The notes under the pieces were generated by a model, which did not search any database, had not been told where the DNA came from, and was given only the letters and a program-made list of their open reading frames with translations. This document shows, piece by piece, positions 32,081 to 42,386 of a stretch of DNA of 64,000 nt (position 1 is its first letter; every line of letters begins with the position of its first letter). The stretch lies in NCBI GenBank assembly GCA_964202905.1, contig CAXNJO010000007.1, forward strand, positions 128,001-192,000, read 5' to 3'. The translations under genes were made by a program, and so were the position numbers. The DNA is from Polyangiales bacterium. Lineage in GTDB: Bacteria > Myxococcota_A > Polyangia > Polyangiales > JADJQN01.

Positions 32081-34261
32081 TCAGCGGGCCATCGCCTGCC
32101 GCATCGCCGCTTCGCGGATGCGCTCGTCGAGGCGGCTCCGGACGTGGCTCGACTCGGTGCGGCTCGCAGCGCGGGCGAGGGCGCGCGCATCGCCGACGAT
32201 GACCGCGAGCCGCTTCGCGCGGGTGATCGCGGTGTAGAGCAGGGCGCGCTCGAGCAGGACGTGGTGCGCGCCCGCGAGGACGACGACGACCGCCGGGAAC
32301 TCGCTGCCTTGTGACTTGTGTACGGTGCAGGCGTACGCGAGCGTGAGGTCCTCGAGGTCGTCCGCGGCGTAGGCGACGTCGCGCCCTTCGATCATCACCC
32401 ACGTCGTCCCCGCCGCGATCCGGCGGACCTCACCGAGGTCGCCGTTGAACACGTCCCGCTCGTAGTCGTTGCGGAGCTGCATGACCTTGTCGCCTGGTCG
32501 GAAGGCGCCGGGCCGCGCGCCGGGCTGCGGGTTGAGCGCGTCCTGGAGCAGCGCGTTGAGGCCCTCGGTGCCGACCGGCCCTCGACGCATCGGCACGAGC
32601 ACTTGCACGTCGCGCACCGGGTCGAGGCCGTAAGACGTCTGCATGCGCCGCACGACCTCGACCACCTTCTCGGCGATGGCCGCCGGCTCCGTCGCGCGGA
32701 TGACGAAGAGCTCTCCGTCGCCGCGCGCACCAGGCGCGCTCGGCGTGGGAGGGCGCCCTTGGAGCACCTCGTGGGCGCCCCCGACGATGCGCGAGCGCTG
32801 CGCCTGTCGAAACACCTCCCGCAGCCGGACCACGGGCGCGACGCCGCTCGCGAGCAGGGCGCGGAGCGGCTGGCCCGCCCCGACGGGCGGGAGCTGATCG
32901 ACGTCACCGACGAGCACCAGCGTCGCGCGCGGCGGCACGGCGTCGAGCAAGCTGTCGGCGAGCTGCAGATCGAGCATCGAGGCCTCGTCGACGAGGATCA
33001 ATTCGGCGTCGAGCGGAGACTCCGCGTCGCGCGCGAAGGCGGCCTCTTGCGGGTTCCACTCGAGCAGGCGGTGGAGCGTGCGGGCCTCGCGCCCCGTGGC
33101 TTCGCTCAGGCGACGCGCGGCGCGTCCCGTCGGTGCGGCGAGCAGCACGCGGTGGCCGAGCTGCTCGTGCGCGCGGACCAGCCCGCGCACCGTCGTCGTC
33201 TTGCCCGTTCCAGGTCCGCCGGTGAGTACGACGAGACCACCCCGAAAGGAGGTGACGATCGCCCCGCGCTGCTCGCCCGAGAGCGCGCTGCCTTCGGTGG
33301 CGCGGGCGACGGCGTCCTCGACGCCGCGCGGTTCGTCGCGCGCGGGAGCGAGCCGCGCGAGGGCGAGGGCGGCGCGCACTTCCGCGTGAAAGAGCGGGGG
33401 CGCGTAGACGGCGTCTGCATCCACGACGAGCATACCGCGCGAGGCGAGCGCCTCGATCGCAGGGGCGATGAGCGCCGCCGGGACGTCGAGGGCGTGGGCC
33501 TCGGCGGCGAGCGTGCGTACGTCCGAATGGACGTGGCCCTCATCGGCGCTCCGCGCCACGAGGTGGAGGGTGGCGCCGGCCGCGCGGCGCGGATCGTCCG
33601 GCGCGATCCCCGACGAGCGGCCGATGCGGTCGGCGGTGCGGAAGCCTACGCCGCGCACCTCCTCGGCGACGAGGTACGGGTCTTCGCGCAGGACCTGCGC
33701 GGTGCGGTCGCCGTAGCGTTTGAGCAGCCGGCGCGCGAGCGCGGGGCCGAGCCCGAGCGCGTGCAGGAACGACATCGCCTCCGCCTCGTCGCGGCGTCCG
33801 CGCACCGCCTCCGCGATGTCCTTCGCGCGCCGCGCGCCGATCCCGCTCACCTCGCGGAGCCGCGCGGACTGCGTCGCGATCACGTCGAGGGTCTGGTCGC
33901 CGAAGCGGGCGACGAGACGCTCGGCGAGCGCGGCGCCGACGCCGGGTACGAGGCCGGAGCCGAGGTAGCGCGCGACCCCGGCGCGGCTCGACGGCAGGAC
34001 CGGCGTGAACGCGCTCACCTGGAAACGTGTGCCGTGGACGGCATGGGTCGTCGGCCGACCACGCAGCCGCAGCGTCTCGCCGATCGCGACCTGGCCGAGG
34101 TCGCCGACGGCGGTGAGCGCGCCGCCGTCCGGCTCGCGCAGGCCCCGCACGACGGCAAAACGCCCGTCATCGCTACGGAAGACGACGTCCTCGACCGTGA
34201 GCTGCACGAGCTGCTCGCCGAGTGCAGGCCTCGCGTCGCGCGCGGGGGGCGTGATCTTCAT
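32081..34261 (-). CDS. recD2: ATP-dependent RecD-like DNA helicase
   Basis: HhH motifs, GGPGTGKT, APTGRAA, DEASM, GDVDQL, FRQ, TVHKSQGSE, LYTAITRAK. Confidence 0.95.
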   Translation of the reverse strand: MKITPPARDARPALGEQLVQLTVEDVVFRSDDGRFAVVRGLREPDGGALTAVGDLGQVAIGETLRLRGRPTTHAVHGTRFQVSAFTPVLPSSRAGVARYLGSGLVPGVGAALAERLVARFGDQTLDVIATQSARLREVSGIGARRAKDIAEAVRGRRDEAEAMSFLHALGLGPALARRLLKRYGDRTAQVLREDPYLVAEEVRGVGFRTADRIGRSSGIAPDDPRRAAGATLHLVARSADEGHVHSDVRTLAAEAHALDVPAALIAPAIEALASRGMLVVDADAVYAPPLFHAEVRAALALARLAPARDEPRGVEDAVARATEGSALSGEQRGAIVTSFRGGLVVLTGGPGTGKTTTVRGLVRAHEQLGHRVLLAAPTGRAARRLSEATGREARTLHRLLEWNPQEAAFARDAESPLDAELILVDEASMLDLQLADSLLDAVPPRATLVLVGDVDQLPPVGAGQPLRALLASGVAPVVRLREVFRQAQRSRIVGGAHEVLQGRPPTPSAPGARGDGELFVIRATEPAAIAEKVVEVVRRMQTSYGLDPVRDVQVLVPMRRGPVGTEGLNALLQDALNPQPGARPGAFRPGDKVMQLRNDYERDVFNGDLGEVRRIAAGTTWVMIEGRDVAYAADDLEDLTLAYACTVHKSQGSEFPAVVVVLAGAHHVLLERALLYTAITRAKRLAVIVGDARALARAASRTESSHVRSRLDERIREAAMRQAMAR

Positions 34262-35943
34262 GGCGCCGCGACGCGATCCGGGAGCCCAGGTGTGCAGCCG
34301 CCGAGCGCGTCGGGTCGGAAGGCCGCGAGTGCGCCGTCACGCGGGTCGAGGCTCACGCGGACGATGCAGATGCCCGGGCCGGGCGCGGCGAGCGCGGGCG
34401 CGGCGGAGACGCGCCGCCCGAGCGCGTCGCGGAGAAAGAGCGGCTCGCCCGTGTTCGCGAGGCCGCCTGTGCCGAGGGCGCCGTCGAGCGCGACGAGGAG
34501 TACGCCCGGCGCCGGTGCGTCGTCGGTCGGATCGTCGGGGTCGAACGCGTCCGGGACGAGCAATGCGCGCGCGCCGGCGGGCAGCAGAAAGGCGCGCGGG
34601 ATCACGTCGCCGATGGCGTCTGCGCGGTCGGCGAGCGTGAACCCTTGGAGATCGATGGGCACGGCGCCGAAGTTTACCACCTCGACGTACTCCTGACGGG
34701 GCTCGGCGCCGCGCGCGTCGGCGCGGATCTCGGTGATCGCGAGAGTCGCGAGCGGCGGGCTCGTCGCGACGTCGAAGGTCTCGGTGTGCTCGAGCCCCGC
34801 CGCGTCCACGAGCCGCAGCATGGCCCGGTGCGCGGTGTCGGGCGGGAGGCCGCGCAGCGCGAGCGACGCCGTGCCGCGCGGCGCGACGACGCCCGCCGCG
34901 TGGCGGGTGCGTCCGTCGTCGAGCGCGAGGAACGCGCGCACGGCCTCAGCGGCGCGGATCCGGAGCGTGACGCTCCCGTCGTCGACGAGCGCGCAGCCGC
35001 CCGCGAGCGCGGTCTCGTCGGACGCGCAGACCGCGTCGGGCAGCGGTGCCGGCGAGGTCGTGTCGGGGTCGGGGGCCGTCGTGAACCATGCGTCGCTGCG
35101 GCCGAGGGCAGCGCCTGTGCTGTCGCGCAGACCGTCGCCCGCGACGAGCGCGTAGCGCGCGCTGCCGACGAGCGCGTCGTGCGGGACGACGGCGACACAG
35201 TGTGCGCCGCCCCAGCCGAGCGTCTCGCAGGGGACGTCGCGCGTCTCCGCGGGCACCGGCACGCCGGCGGCGTCCGCGAGGAAGACGGCGTCGACGGCGC
35301 CGACGACGCGTCCGTCGAAGCGCGTCGCGAGGAGCGGCAGGTTCGCGCCGACCGCGGGGGCGCCGTCCGGGGGCCAGCTGTCGATCCGGGCCGCCCCGTC
35401 GTCGGGGGAGGCGGAGACGCGCAGTCCGAAAGCGCGCGGGACACCGAGCGCGCGCATGCCGTCGGCGTCGGCGAGCCAGCCCGTGACCGCCAGCGTGTAC
35501 GGCGCGCCCGGCTCGAGCGCGTCGCGCGGCGTGACGACGAGCGCGTCAGCGTCGGCCGTGACGTCGGAGGCGATCGCGCGAGCGAGTGTGTCGCCGCGCA
35601 GCGGCGCCGTCGCGAGGTCGGCGAGCAAGTCGTCGTCGGGGGCGCCGCGCAGGAGCAGCACGCTGGTCTCGGCGGCCGCGAGCACACCCGCATGGGCGAG
35701 GTGCAGGCGAGGTCGTCTCGGGATCTGCAGCGGCGGACGTGGCCCGCCCCGCGCGTCGCGAACCGTGAGCGCGCCGATCGACGCGCGCGTCGGCGCGGCG
35801 TCGCTCGCCCTGGACGCGTCCGTCGGAGGCGGGTCGCGGAGGTCGAGGGCGAGCGGCTCGAGGCAGGCGGTGGGTATCGAGAGCAACGCGACGAGGGGCA
35901 CGAGGGACGGGAGGCGGAGCGAGGCGCGCGGGGTGTCGGGCAT
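34258..35943 (-). CDS. Lipoprotein with Ig-like (Big_5/SbsA-like) domains and a C-terminal lamin-tail domain
   Basis: Lipobox PTAC; VTPRDALEPGAPYTLAV; ITEI...EYVEVVN...IDLQGFTLAD; ends CTPG. ATGA overlap with recD2. Confidence 0.75.
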   Translation of the reverse strand: MPDTPRASLRLPSLVPLVALLSIPTACLEPLALDLRDPPPTDASRASDAAPTRASIGALTVRDARGGPRPPLQIPRRPRLHLAHAGVLAAAETSVLLLRGAPDDDLLADLATAPLRGDTLARAIASDVTADADALVVTPRDALEPGAPYTLAVTGWLADADGMRALGVPRAFGLRVSASPDDGAARIDSWPPDGAPAVGANLPLLATRFDGRVVGAVDAVFLADAAGVPVPAETRDVPCETLGWGGAHCVAVVPHDALVGSARYALVAGDGLRDSTGAALGRSDAWFTTAPDPDTTSPAPLPDAVCASDETALAGGCALVDDGSVTLRIRAAEAVRAFLALDDGRTRHAAGVVAPRGTASLALRGLPPDTAHRAMLRLVDAAGLEHTETFDVATSPPLATLAITEIRADARGAEPRQEYVEVVNFGAVPIDLQGFTLADRADAIGDVIPRAFLLPAGARALLVPDAFDPDDPTDDAPAPGVLLVALDGALGTGGLANTGEPLFLRDALGRRVSAAPALAAPGPGICIVRVSLDPRDGALAAFRPDALGGCTPGLPDRVAAP

Positions 35944-36069
35944 GGTGCGCGCCTCATCGCGCAGCGCTTCCGGGCGTTGCGCTGACGCGCGGAGACGGGC
36001 CCGCGCAGGATGCGCCGCGGTGAACCTTCGTCGCGTGGGGATGCGCCGCTGGGATACGCTCGAACGCGG

Positions 36070-37005
36070 ATGTCGAACGAGGAGCGGATCGCGGTCGATG
36101 GGCGCGAGGACCCTGCGCCCGGCATCGCCGCGGGTGGGTCCGGCGGCAGTGCGGGGCCGGAGAGCGGGCGCGTGATCGCGGGGGTCTATCGGCTGCGCGG
36201 ACTGCTCGGGCAGGGCGGCATGGCGCGCGTCTACGAAGCCGACCACCTCCGCGACGGTCATCGCGTCGCGCTCAAACTCGTGCACGCGGAGCTCGGCGCC
36301 AATGCCGTGGTGCGGGCGCGCTTCGAACGCGAGGCGCGCGCGGCGGCGCAGGCCGGTCATCCGCACGTCGTGGGGGTACACGCGATCGGACGCGACGACG
36401 GCGGCGCGCCCTTCCTCGTGATGGAGCTCGTGCGGGGCACGACGCTCCACGCGCGGCTCCGCGCCGAGCCGATGCTCGAGGTCGCCCGCGCCTGTGGGAT
36501 CGCGCGGCAGCTGCTCGAGGCGCTCGGCGCGGTCCACGCGCGCGGCGTCGTGCACCGCGACCTGAAGCCCGAGAACGTGCTCCTCGCGGTCCGCGACGCG
36601 GAGCCCGACTTCGTGAAGCTTTGCGATTTCGGGATCGCGACGTTCGTCGAGGCGCGGGGCCGCTCCGAGCTGACGCCCGCGGGGCGGACGATGGCCACGC
36701 CTCACTACGCGAGTCCCGAGCAACTCGCGGGCTCGCGCGGCGCGGATCCCGCCGTCGATCTCTACGCGGTCGGCGTGATGCTCTACGAGATGATCGCGGG
36801 GCTGCGGCCCTTCGACGCGCCGGACCTGCCCGCGCTGCTTGCGCAGATCCGGGCGGATTCGCCCGCGCCGCTGCGTGTCTTCCGCCGCGACGTGCCGCCC
36901 GGCCTCGATGCGCTGCTCGCGCGCGCGCTCGGCAAGAGCGCGGCGTCGCGTCCGCCGTCGGCCGCGGCGTGGCTCGCGGCGCTGCGTCCGTTTTGCGCGG
37001 CCTGA
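36070..37005 (+). CDS. Hanks-type Ser/Thr protein kinase (kinase domain only)
   Basis: GQGGMARVY, ALK, HRDLKPEN, DFG, TPHYASPE, DLYAVG. Confidence 0.93.
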   Translation: MSNEERIAVDGREDPAPGIAAGGSGGSAGPESGRVIAGVYRLRGLLGQGGMARVYEADHLRDGHRVALKLVHAELGANAVVRARFEREARAAAQAGHPHVVGVHAIGRDDGGAPFLVMELVRGTTLHARLRAEPMLEVARACGIARQLLEALGAVHARGVVHRDLKPENVLLAVRDAEPDFVKLCDFGIATFVEARGRSELTPAGRTMATPHYASPEQLAGSRGADPAVDLYAVGVMLYEMIAGLRPFDAPDLPALLAQIRADSPAPLRVFRRDVPPGLDALLARALGKSAASRPPSAAAWLAALRPFCAA

Positions 37006-37113
37006 ACCCGACGTGGGCGCGCGCCTCGTGCGTGGCGCAGGAGGGCGCGCGGGATGCGACACCGCCGGGCGCGCGCATTGCGTGCCCCGGTGTGCCTTGA
37101 TACATCGGCCCTG

Positions 37114-38677
37114 ATGGCCGAAAGCGACGACGACGTGCAGGGGGTGGACGCGCCTGCGCCCCTGCCCGCCGCGCCGGGTGCCGGTGCGCCGCGGCTTCGA
37201 CCGCGTCCGCGCCGCATCCTCGTCGTCAGCGGCGCGAAGGGCGGGGTCGGCAAGACGGTGTTCGCGACGAACCTCGCGCTCTACCTCGCGACGATCGGCC
37301 GGCAGGTCGTCGTCGTCGACGCGGACGCGGGCGGCGCCAACGCGCACACCTGCCTCGGCGTCGAGCGGCCGCGCACCTCGGCGACGGACGGGCCGCTCGG
37401 CCCCGTCGTGGATACGCCCGTGCCGGGCTTGCGCCTGATGCGCGCAGGGCTCGATCGGCCGGCGACCGGCGGCATCCGCACCGTCCGCCGCGCGCGGTTG
37501 CTCGAGGGGCTGCGCGCGACGGAGGCCGAGTACCTCGTCGTGGATCTCGGCGCCGGCACCGTGAGCTCCCTGCTCGATCTCACGCTGCACTGCGACCTCG
37601 CGATCTACCTGACGCTCCCCGAGCCGACGGCGATCGAGAACACGTACCGATTCATCCGCGGCGCGTTCGCGCGGCGGCTCCGTTTCGCGGCCCCGTCGCG
37701 CGAGGTGCGGCTGGCGCTGCTCGCGCGGCTCAAGGAGCTCGGCGGCGCGCCCGCGCCGCTCGATCTGCTGCGCGATCTCGAGGGGCGTGGCGATCCACTC
37801 GCGGCGCTCGTGCGGCAGGAGATGGCCACGTTCGTGCCGCGCATCGTGCTCAACCAGACCCGCGTGCGCGGCGACCTCGAGCTCGGGGATCACCTGCGGA
37901 GCGCGGTGTACCGGCGTTTCGGGCTCGAGATCGATTACCTCGGGCACATCGACTACGACGACACGGTCTGGTCGTGCGTGCGGACGCTGCGCCCGCTGCT
38001 CGTCGAGAGCCCGGGGACGAAGGCGAGCAAGAGCATCGAGAAGATCGCGCGGCGCATCCTCGCGCTCGAGTCGAAGGGCCGCGCGCGTCCGCTGCGGACG
38101 GTGCCCGCGGGCTCGCACCACGACCTGCTCGAGGTCGATCGCGGCGCGACGGACGAAGAGATCCGCCGCGCCTACAAGCGCGCGAAGGAGGTCTTCGCGC
38201 TGGACGCGCTCTGTTGCTACGGCCTCTTCGACAAGGCTGAGCTGCTCGCGCTGCGCGTGCGCCTCGACGAGGCCTACGACGTGCTCCTCGACCCCGCGCG
38301 TCGCCGCCCGTACGAGCTCGGCGTCTTCCCCGAGGACGTCGTCCCCGAGCGCGGCGCAGCCCCGACCGACGCGCAGCGCGAGCCGCTGCCGCCGCGCCCC
38401 GAGATCAACCCGGACACCGAGTTCAACGGCGCGCTGCTCCGCGCCGTCCGCGAGTCGCAGGGCGTCGAGTTGAAGGACGTGAGCAGCACGACGAAGATCG
38501 GCGTGCCGCACCTGCGCGCGCTCGAGGACGACGACTTCAGCGCGCTCCCGGCCGTGGTGTACGTGCGGGGCTTTCGTGGCGGAGATCGCGAAGTTGCTGC
38601 ACCTCGACGCGCAGCAGGTCAGCCGCACGTACGTGCGGCGCTACCGTCGCTTCCTCGACGGGCGCGCGCGGGGCTGA
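37114..38677 (+). CDS. MinD/FlhG-like ATPase fused to a J-like domain and a RodZ-type HTH (apparent +1 frameshift near 38573)
   Basis: Deviant Walker A KGGVGKT, DADAGGAN, DLGAG, PEPTAIEN; LLEVDRGATDEEIRRAYK..EAYDVLLDPARRRPY; LRAVRESQG..ALEDDDFSALP..YVRGF. Confidence 0.85.
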
Positions 38678-38683
38678 GGCGCG

Positions 38684-39280
38684 ATGCCGACACTCACCGC
38701 GACGCTCGTTCTCGCTTCCTCCTCGCCCCGCCGCCGCGAGCTGCTCGCGACGCTGGGGCTTGCGCACCTCGTCGAGGGCAGCGGCATCCCCGAACGGCGC
38801 GCGCCCGACGAGGCGCCCGCGTCGTATGCGCGACGGCTCGCAGCGGCGAAGGCGAGCGACGTCGCGCAGCGCTTCGCGGAGGGCGTCGTCGTGCTCGGCG
38901 CGGACACCATTGTCGTCGTGGACGGCGACGTTCTCGAGAAGCCCGTGAGCGCAGGCGACGCCGCGGCGATGATCGCGCGGCTCTCGGGGCGCACGCACGA
39001 GGTCGTCACCGCGGTCGCGCTCGTGCGCCGTCCGACGGGTGTCGTCGCCGAGTCGCAGACGACGACGCGCGTCACGTTCCGCGCGCTCGGGGAGGCGGAC
39101 ATCGCGCGCTACGTCGCCTCGGGAGACGGCGACGGGAAGGCGGGCGCGTACGCGGTGCAGGGCCTCGGCGCGGGGCTCGTCACGCGGATCGAGGGCTCCT
39201 ACACGAACGTCGTCGGGCTCCCGGCGGCGGAGGTGCTCGCGCTGCTCGCGGACGCCGGCCTGCTCGCGGAGTGGCCGTGA
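38684..39280 (+). CDS. maf: Maf-family nucleoside triphosphate pyrophosphatase
   Basis: LASSSPRRRELL, GADTIV, LEKP, LSGRTH, KAGAYAVQG, NVVGLP. Confidence 0.95.
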   Translation: MPTLTATLVLASSSPRRRELLATLGLAHLVEGSGIPERRAPDEAPASYARRLAAAKASDVAQRFAEGVVVLGADTIVVVDGDVLEKPVSAGDAAAMIARLSGRTHEVVTAVALVRRPTGVVAESQTTTRVTFRALGEADIARYVASGDGDGKAGAYAVQGLGAGLVTRIEGSYTNVVGLPAAEVLALLADAGLLAEWP

Positions 39281-39978
39281 CGGACGCGCCCGACGACGCG
39301 CAGGTCGCCGAGATCGCCGCCGCGCTCAGGGCCGTGCGCGCGCGCATCGCGTCGGCCTGCGTGGCCGCAGGGCGCGCGCCCGACGCGGTGGAGCTCGTCG
39401 CCGTCTCGAAGACGCAGCCGGTCGCGGCGGTGCGCGCGGCGTACGCGGCGGGGCAGCGCGTGTTCGGCGAGAACTACGTGCAGGAGCTCGTCGCGAAGGC
39501 CGCCGCGTGCGCGGATCTCGGGGACGTGCGCTGGCACTTCGTCGGGCACCTGCAACGCAACAAGGCGCGGGACGTCGCGCGCGTGGGCGCGACCGTGGAG
39601 TCGCTCGACTCCGCGCGGCTCGCGGCGGCGCTTGCCGAGCGTGCCGAGGCCGAAGGGCGCGTGCTCGACGTCTTCGTGCAGGTGAACGTCGCGGCCGAGC
39701 CCCAGAAGAGCGGCTGCGCGCCCGAGGACCTGCCCGCGGTGCTCGACGTGGTCCGCGCGGCGCCGGGGTTGCGGCTCCATGGCCTGATGACCGTCCCGCC
39801 GGCGGACATGGAGCCGCGGTCCGTCTTCGACGCGCTCGCGGCGCTCGCGGCGCGCTGCGGGGTCGCCGGGCTCTCGATGGGGATGAGCGGCGACCTCGAG
39901 GCCGCCATCGCGGCGGGCGCGACGCATGTGCGCGTCGGGACTGCGATTTTCGGCACACGCCGCGTCGCGCCGCGCTGA
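39277..39978 (+). CDS. yggS: YggS-family PLP homeostasis protein
   Basis: VAVSKT, FGENYVQE, WHFVGHLQRNK, QKSG, LSMGMSGD, VRVGTAIFG. Confidence 0.95.
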   Translation: MTDAPDDAQVAEIAAALRAVRARIASACVAAGRAPDAVELVAVSKTQPVAAVRAAYAAGQRVFGENYVQELVAKAAACADLGDVRWHFVGHLQRNKARDVARVGATVESLDSARLAAALAERAEAEGRVLDVFVQVNVAAEPQKSGCAPEDLPAVLDVVRAAPGLRLHGLMTVPPADMEPRSVFDALAALAARCGVAGLSMGMSGDLEAAIAAGATHVRVGTAIFGTRRVAPR

Positions 39979-40021
39979 GGTCGAGTGCGCACGGCGGCGC
40001 CGTGCGGCCCGCGCGTGCGCC

Positions 40022-40858
40022 TCAGCGCCCGAGCTTCGCGGCCGTCTGCTCGCCGAGCTCCTGCGCGCGTCGCGTCGCGACCTCGACGGCGTTGATGAGC
40101 GTCGTGCGCAGGCCGCCGGCCTCGAGCGTGTGCAGCCCGGCTATCGCGGTGCCGCCCGGGGAGGTGACCATGTCCTTGAGGCGGCCGGGGTGCTCGCCCG
40201 TGTCGAGCAGCAGCTTCGCCGAGCCGAGCACGGTCTGCGCGGCGAGGAGCTGCGCGGAGTCGCGGTGGAGGCCGACCTTCACGCCGGCGTCCGAGAGCGC
40301 CTCGATGATCAGGAAGATGTATGCCGGTCCCGAGCCGCTCAGCCCCGTGGCCGCGTCGACGAGCGACTCGTCGAGCTGCACGACCACGCCGACGCTCGCG
40401 AAGATGGCCTTCGTCACGGCGAGGTCGTCGGCCGTCGCGTGGGTGCCCGCGGCGATGGCGGTCGCACCCGCCTCGACGATCGCGGGCGTGTTCGGCATCG
40501 TACGCACGACGCGCGTGCCCGGCGGCAGACGCGCCTCGATCGCGCTCGCGGGCACGCCCGCGGCGATCGAGACGACGAGGCTGCCGGGGCGGACGGCCCC
40601 CGCGATCTGCGTGAGGAGGCGGTCGAAGACCTGCGGCTTCGTCGCGAGCACGACGACGTCGGCCCACGCGGCGGCGTGCGCGTTGTCCGCGCTCGTCGCG
40701 ATGCCGTGCTCACGCTCGAGCTGCGCGAGACGGTCCGCGCGGACGTCGGTGGCGAGGAGCTGCGCGGGCGTGCATGCGCGGGCGCCGAGCAGGCCCTTGA
40801 TGAGCGCGCCCGCCATGTTTCCCGCGCCGAGGAACGCGATCTTCTTGCCGAGGGTCAT
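40022..40858 (-). CDS. proC: Pyrroline-5-carboxylate reductase
   Basis: GAGNMA, KPQ, VSIAAG, RTMPNTP, SGSGPAY, VTSPGGTAIAG. Confidence 0.96.
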   Translation of the reverse strand: MTLGKKIAFLGAGNMAGALIKGLLGARACTPAQLLATDVRADRLAQLEREHGIATSADNAHAAAWADVVVLATKPQVFDRLLTQIAGAVRPGSLVVSIAAGVPASAIEARLPPGTRVVRTMPNTPAIVEAGATAIAAGTHATADDLAVTKAIFASVGVVVQLDESLVDAATGLSGSGPAYIFLIIEALSDAGVKVGLHRDSAQLLAAQTVLGSAKLLLDTGEHPGRLKDMVTSPGGTAIAGLHTLEAGGLRTTLINAVEVATRRAQELGEQTAAKLGR

Positions 40859-40922
40859 CGTGAGTCGGGACGCTAGCACGCGCCGTCCTGCGTCGTGCCG
40901 CCGCTGCTAGGCTGTGCGCCGC

Positions 40923-42386
40923 ATGCCCCGCCCGTTCGCCGCCTCGCTCGCGCTCGCGTTCTCGCTCGCGCTTCCCGTGCTCGACGCGGCGCCGCGCGCC
41001 CTCGCGAATGGTCGCTTCCCGCAGTCGAGTCAGATCGTCTTCCACCCGCGCGACGCGCGCGTGATCAGCGCGCGGACGACCTTCGGGCTCGTCGTCACGC
41101 ACGACGGCGGCGCGACCTGGTCGTGGGTGTGCGAGGAGGCGCTCGAGTTCCGGCGGACCGAGGACCCGCCGATCGCGCGGATGGGCGATGGCTCGACGCT
41201 CGTCTCGCTCTTCGCGGGGTTGCACCGGGGCACGCCCGACGACTGCAGCTTCACGAAGCCGGACGCGACGCTCGGCGCCGCGGTCGTCATCGACAACTGC
41301 GTCGATCCCTCCAACGTCGACCGCGCCTACGCGCTCACCTCGAGCGGCGGGCGCGAGAACCAGCCCTGGCGCAGCGATGACGACGGCGCGACGTGGACGC
41401 CCGTGGGGGCGCCGTTCGAGGCCTCGATCCTCTTCGAGACCATCGAGGTCGCCCCCTCCGCACCGTCGCGTCTCTACCTCACCGGCGCGGTCCCGCCGAC
41501 CTCCACCGCGCCGCGCGCGCCGTTCGTCTTTCGCTCGAGCGACGGCGGTCTCACGTGGGAGCGCTTCGCGTTCGCGCTCGAACTCACGGGCGTGCAGCGC
41601 GACAAGAACATCTTCATTTCGGCGGTCGATCCGGTCGACCCGGACCGCGTCTACCTGCGCGTGTCGGGCGACCCGGACGACCGCCTGCTCGTGAGCGACG
41701 ACGGCGGGGCGACGTTTCGCGAGGTGCTCCGCATGCCGCTCCTGCGCGGTTTCGCGCGCTCCGACGACGGCGCGACCGTCTACGCCGGCAGCGACGTGCG
41801 CGGCCTCCATCGCTCCACGGATCGCGGCGAGACGTTCGCGCCCGTGTCGGGCGGCATCGAGCGCGTGAACTGCCTCGCGCTGCGCGGGGACGAGCTCTGG
41901 GCGTGCGGCAACGACTACGTCGACGGCTTCACGCTGGGGCGCTCGCGCGATCGCGGCGCGACCTTCGAGCCTGTCTTGCGCTTCAAGTTCATCGCGGGCG
42001 TGCCCGAGTGCGCGCCCGACTCGCCGGTGACCGCCTTGTGTGGGCCGCGCTTCCCCGCGCTGCGCGCGATGTTCGACCCGGGCGGCGCCGTCGACGCAGG
42101 GGTGCCTGCGGATGCGGGAGGCGGTGCGGACGCGGGCGTGATCGACGCGGGCGGTGCGGCGTCGCGCGACGCGGGCCGCGCGGCGGCGGTCGGCGCGGCG
42201 GGCGGATGTTGCTCGGTGGCCGGGCGTGGCGCGCGTGGCCCGGGCGGACTCGTGGTGACGGCCGCGGCGGGCGTGCTCGCGCTCGTGCGTCTGCGCACGC
42301 GGAGGCGCCGTTCGCTGGTTGTTTTCGGGCCGCGCGGGGATGGAAGCGGCGGCGCGCTGGCGCCACGAACGCCCCCACGGCCATGA
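40923..42386 (+). CDS. Secreted BNR/Asp-box beta-propeller protein with MYXO-CTERM-like tail
   Basis: Signal peptide (ALANGRFP); repeated SxDxGxTW/F; GGCCSVAG, TM helix and RRRR at the C-terminus. Confidence 0.82.
   Translation: MPRPFAASLALAFSLALPVLDAAPRALANGRFPQSSQIVFHPRDARVISARTTFGLVVTHDGGATWSWVCEEALEFRRTEDPPIARMGDGSTLVSLFAGLHRGTPDDCSFTKPDATLGAAVVIDNCVDPSNVDRAYALTSSGGRENQPWRSDDDGATWTPVGAPFEASILFETIEVAPSAPSRLYLTGAVPPTSTAPRAPFVFRSSDGGLTWERFAFALELTGVQRDKNIFISAVDPVDPDRVYLRVSGDPDDRLLVSDDGGATFREVLRMPLLRGFARSDDGATVYAGSDVRGLHRSTDRGETFAPVSGGIERVNCLALRGDELWACGNDYVDGFTLGRSRDRGATFEPVLRFKFIAGVPECAPDSPVTALCGPRFPALRAMFDPGGAVDAGVPADAGGGADAGVIDAGGAASRDAGRAAAVGAAGGCCSVAGRGARGPGGLVVTAAAGVLALVRLRTRRRRSLVVFGPRGDGSGGALAPRTPPRP

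Noticed and set aside
34258..38628. 1456-aa ORF on the minus strand
   Set aside because: Only the last 561 aa (from 35943) look real; the rest is antisense shadow of the kinase and MinD genes.
37054..39978. 974-aa MinD-to-YggS giant fusion
   Set aside because: It results from a +1 frameshift near 38573 reading through maf out of frame; maf and yggS have their own starts.
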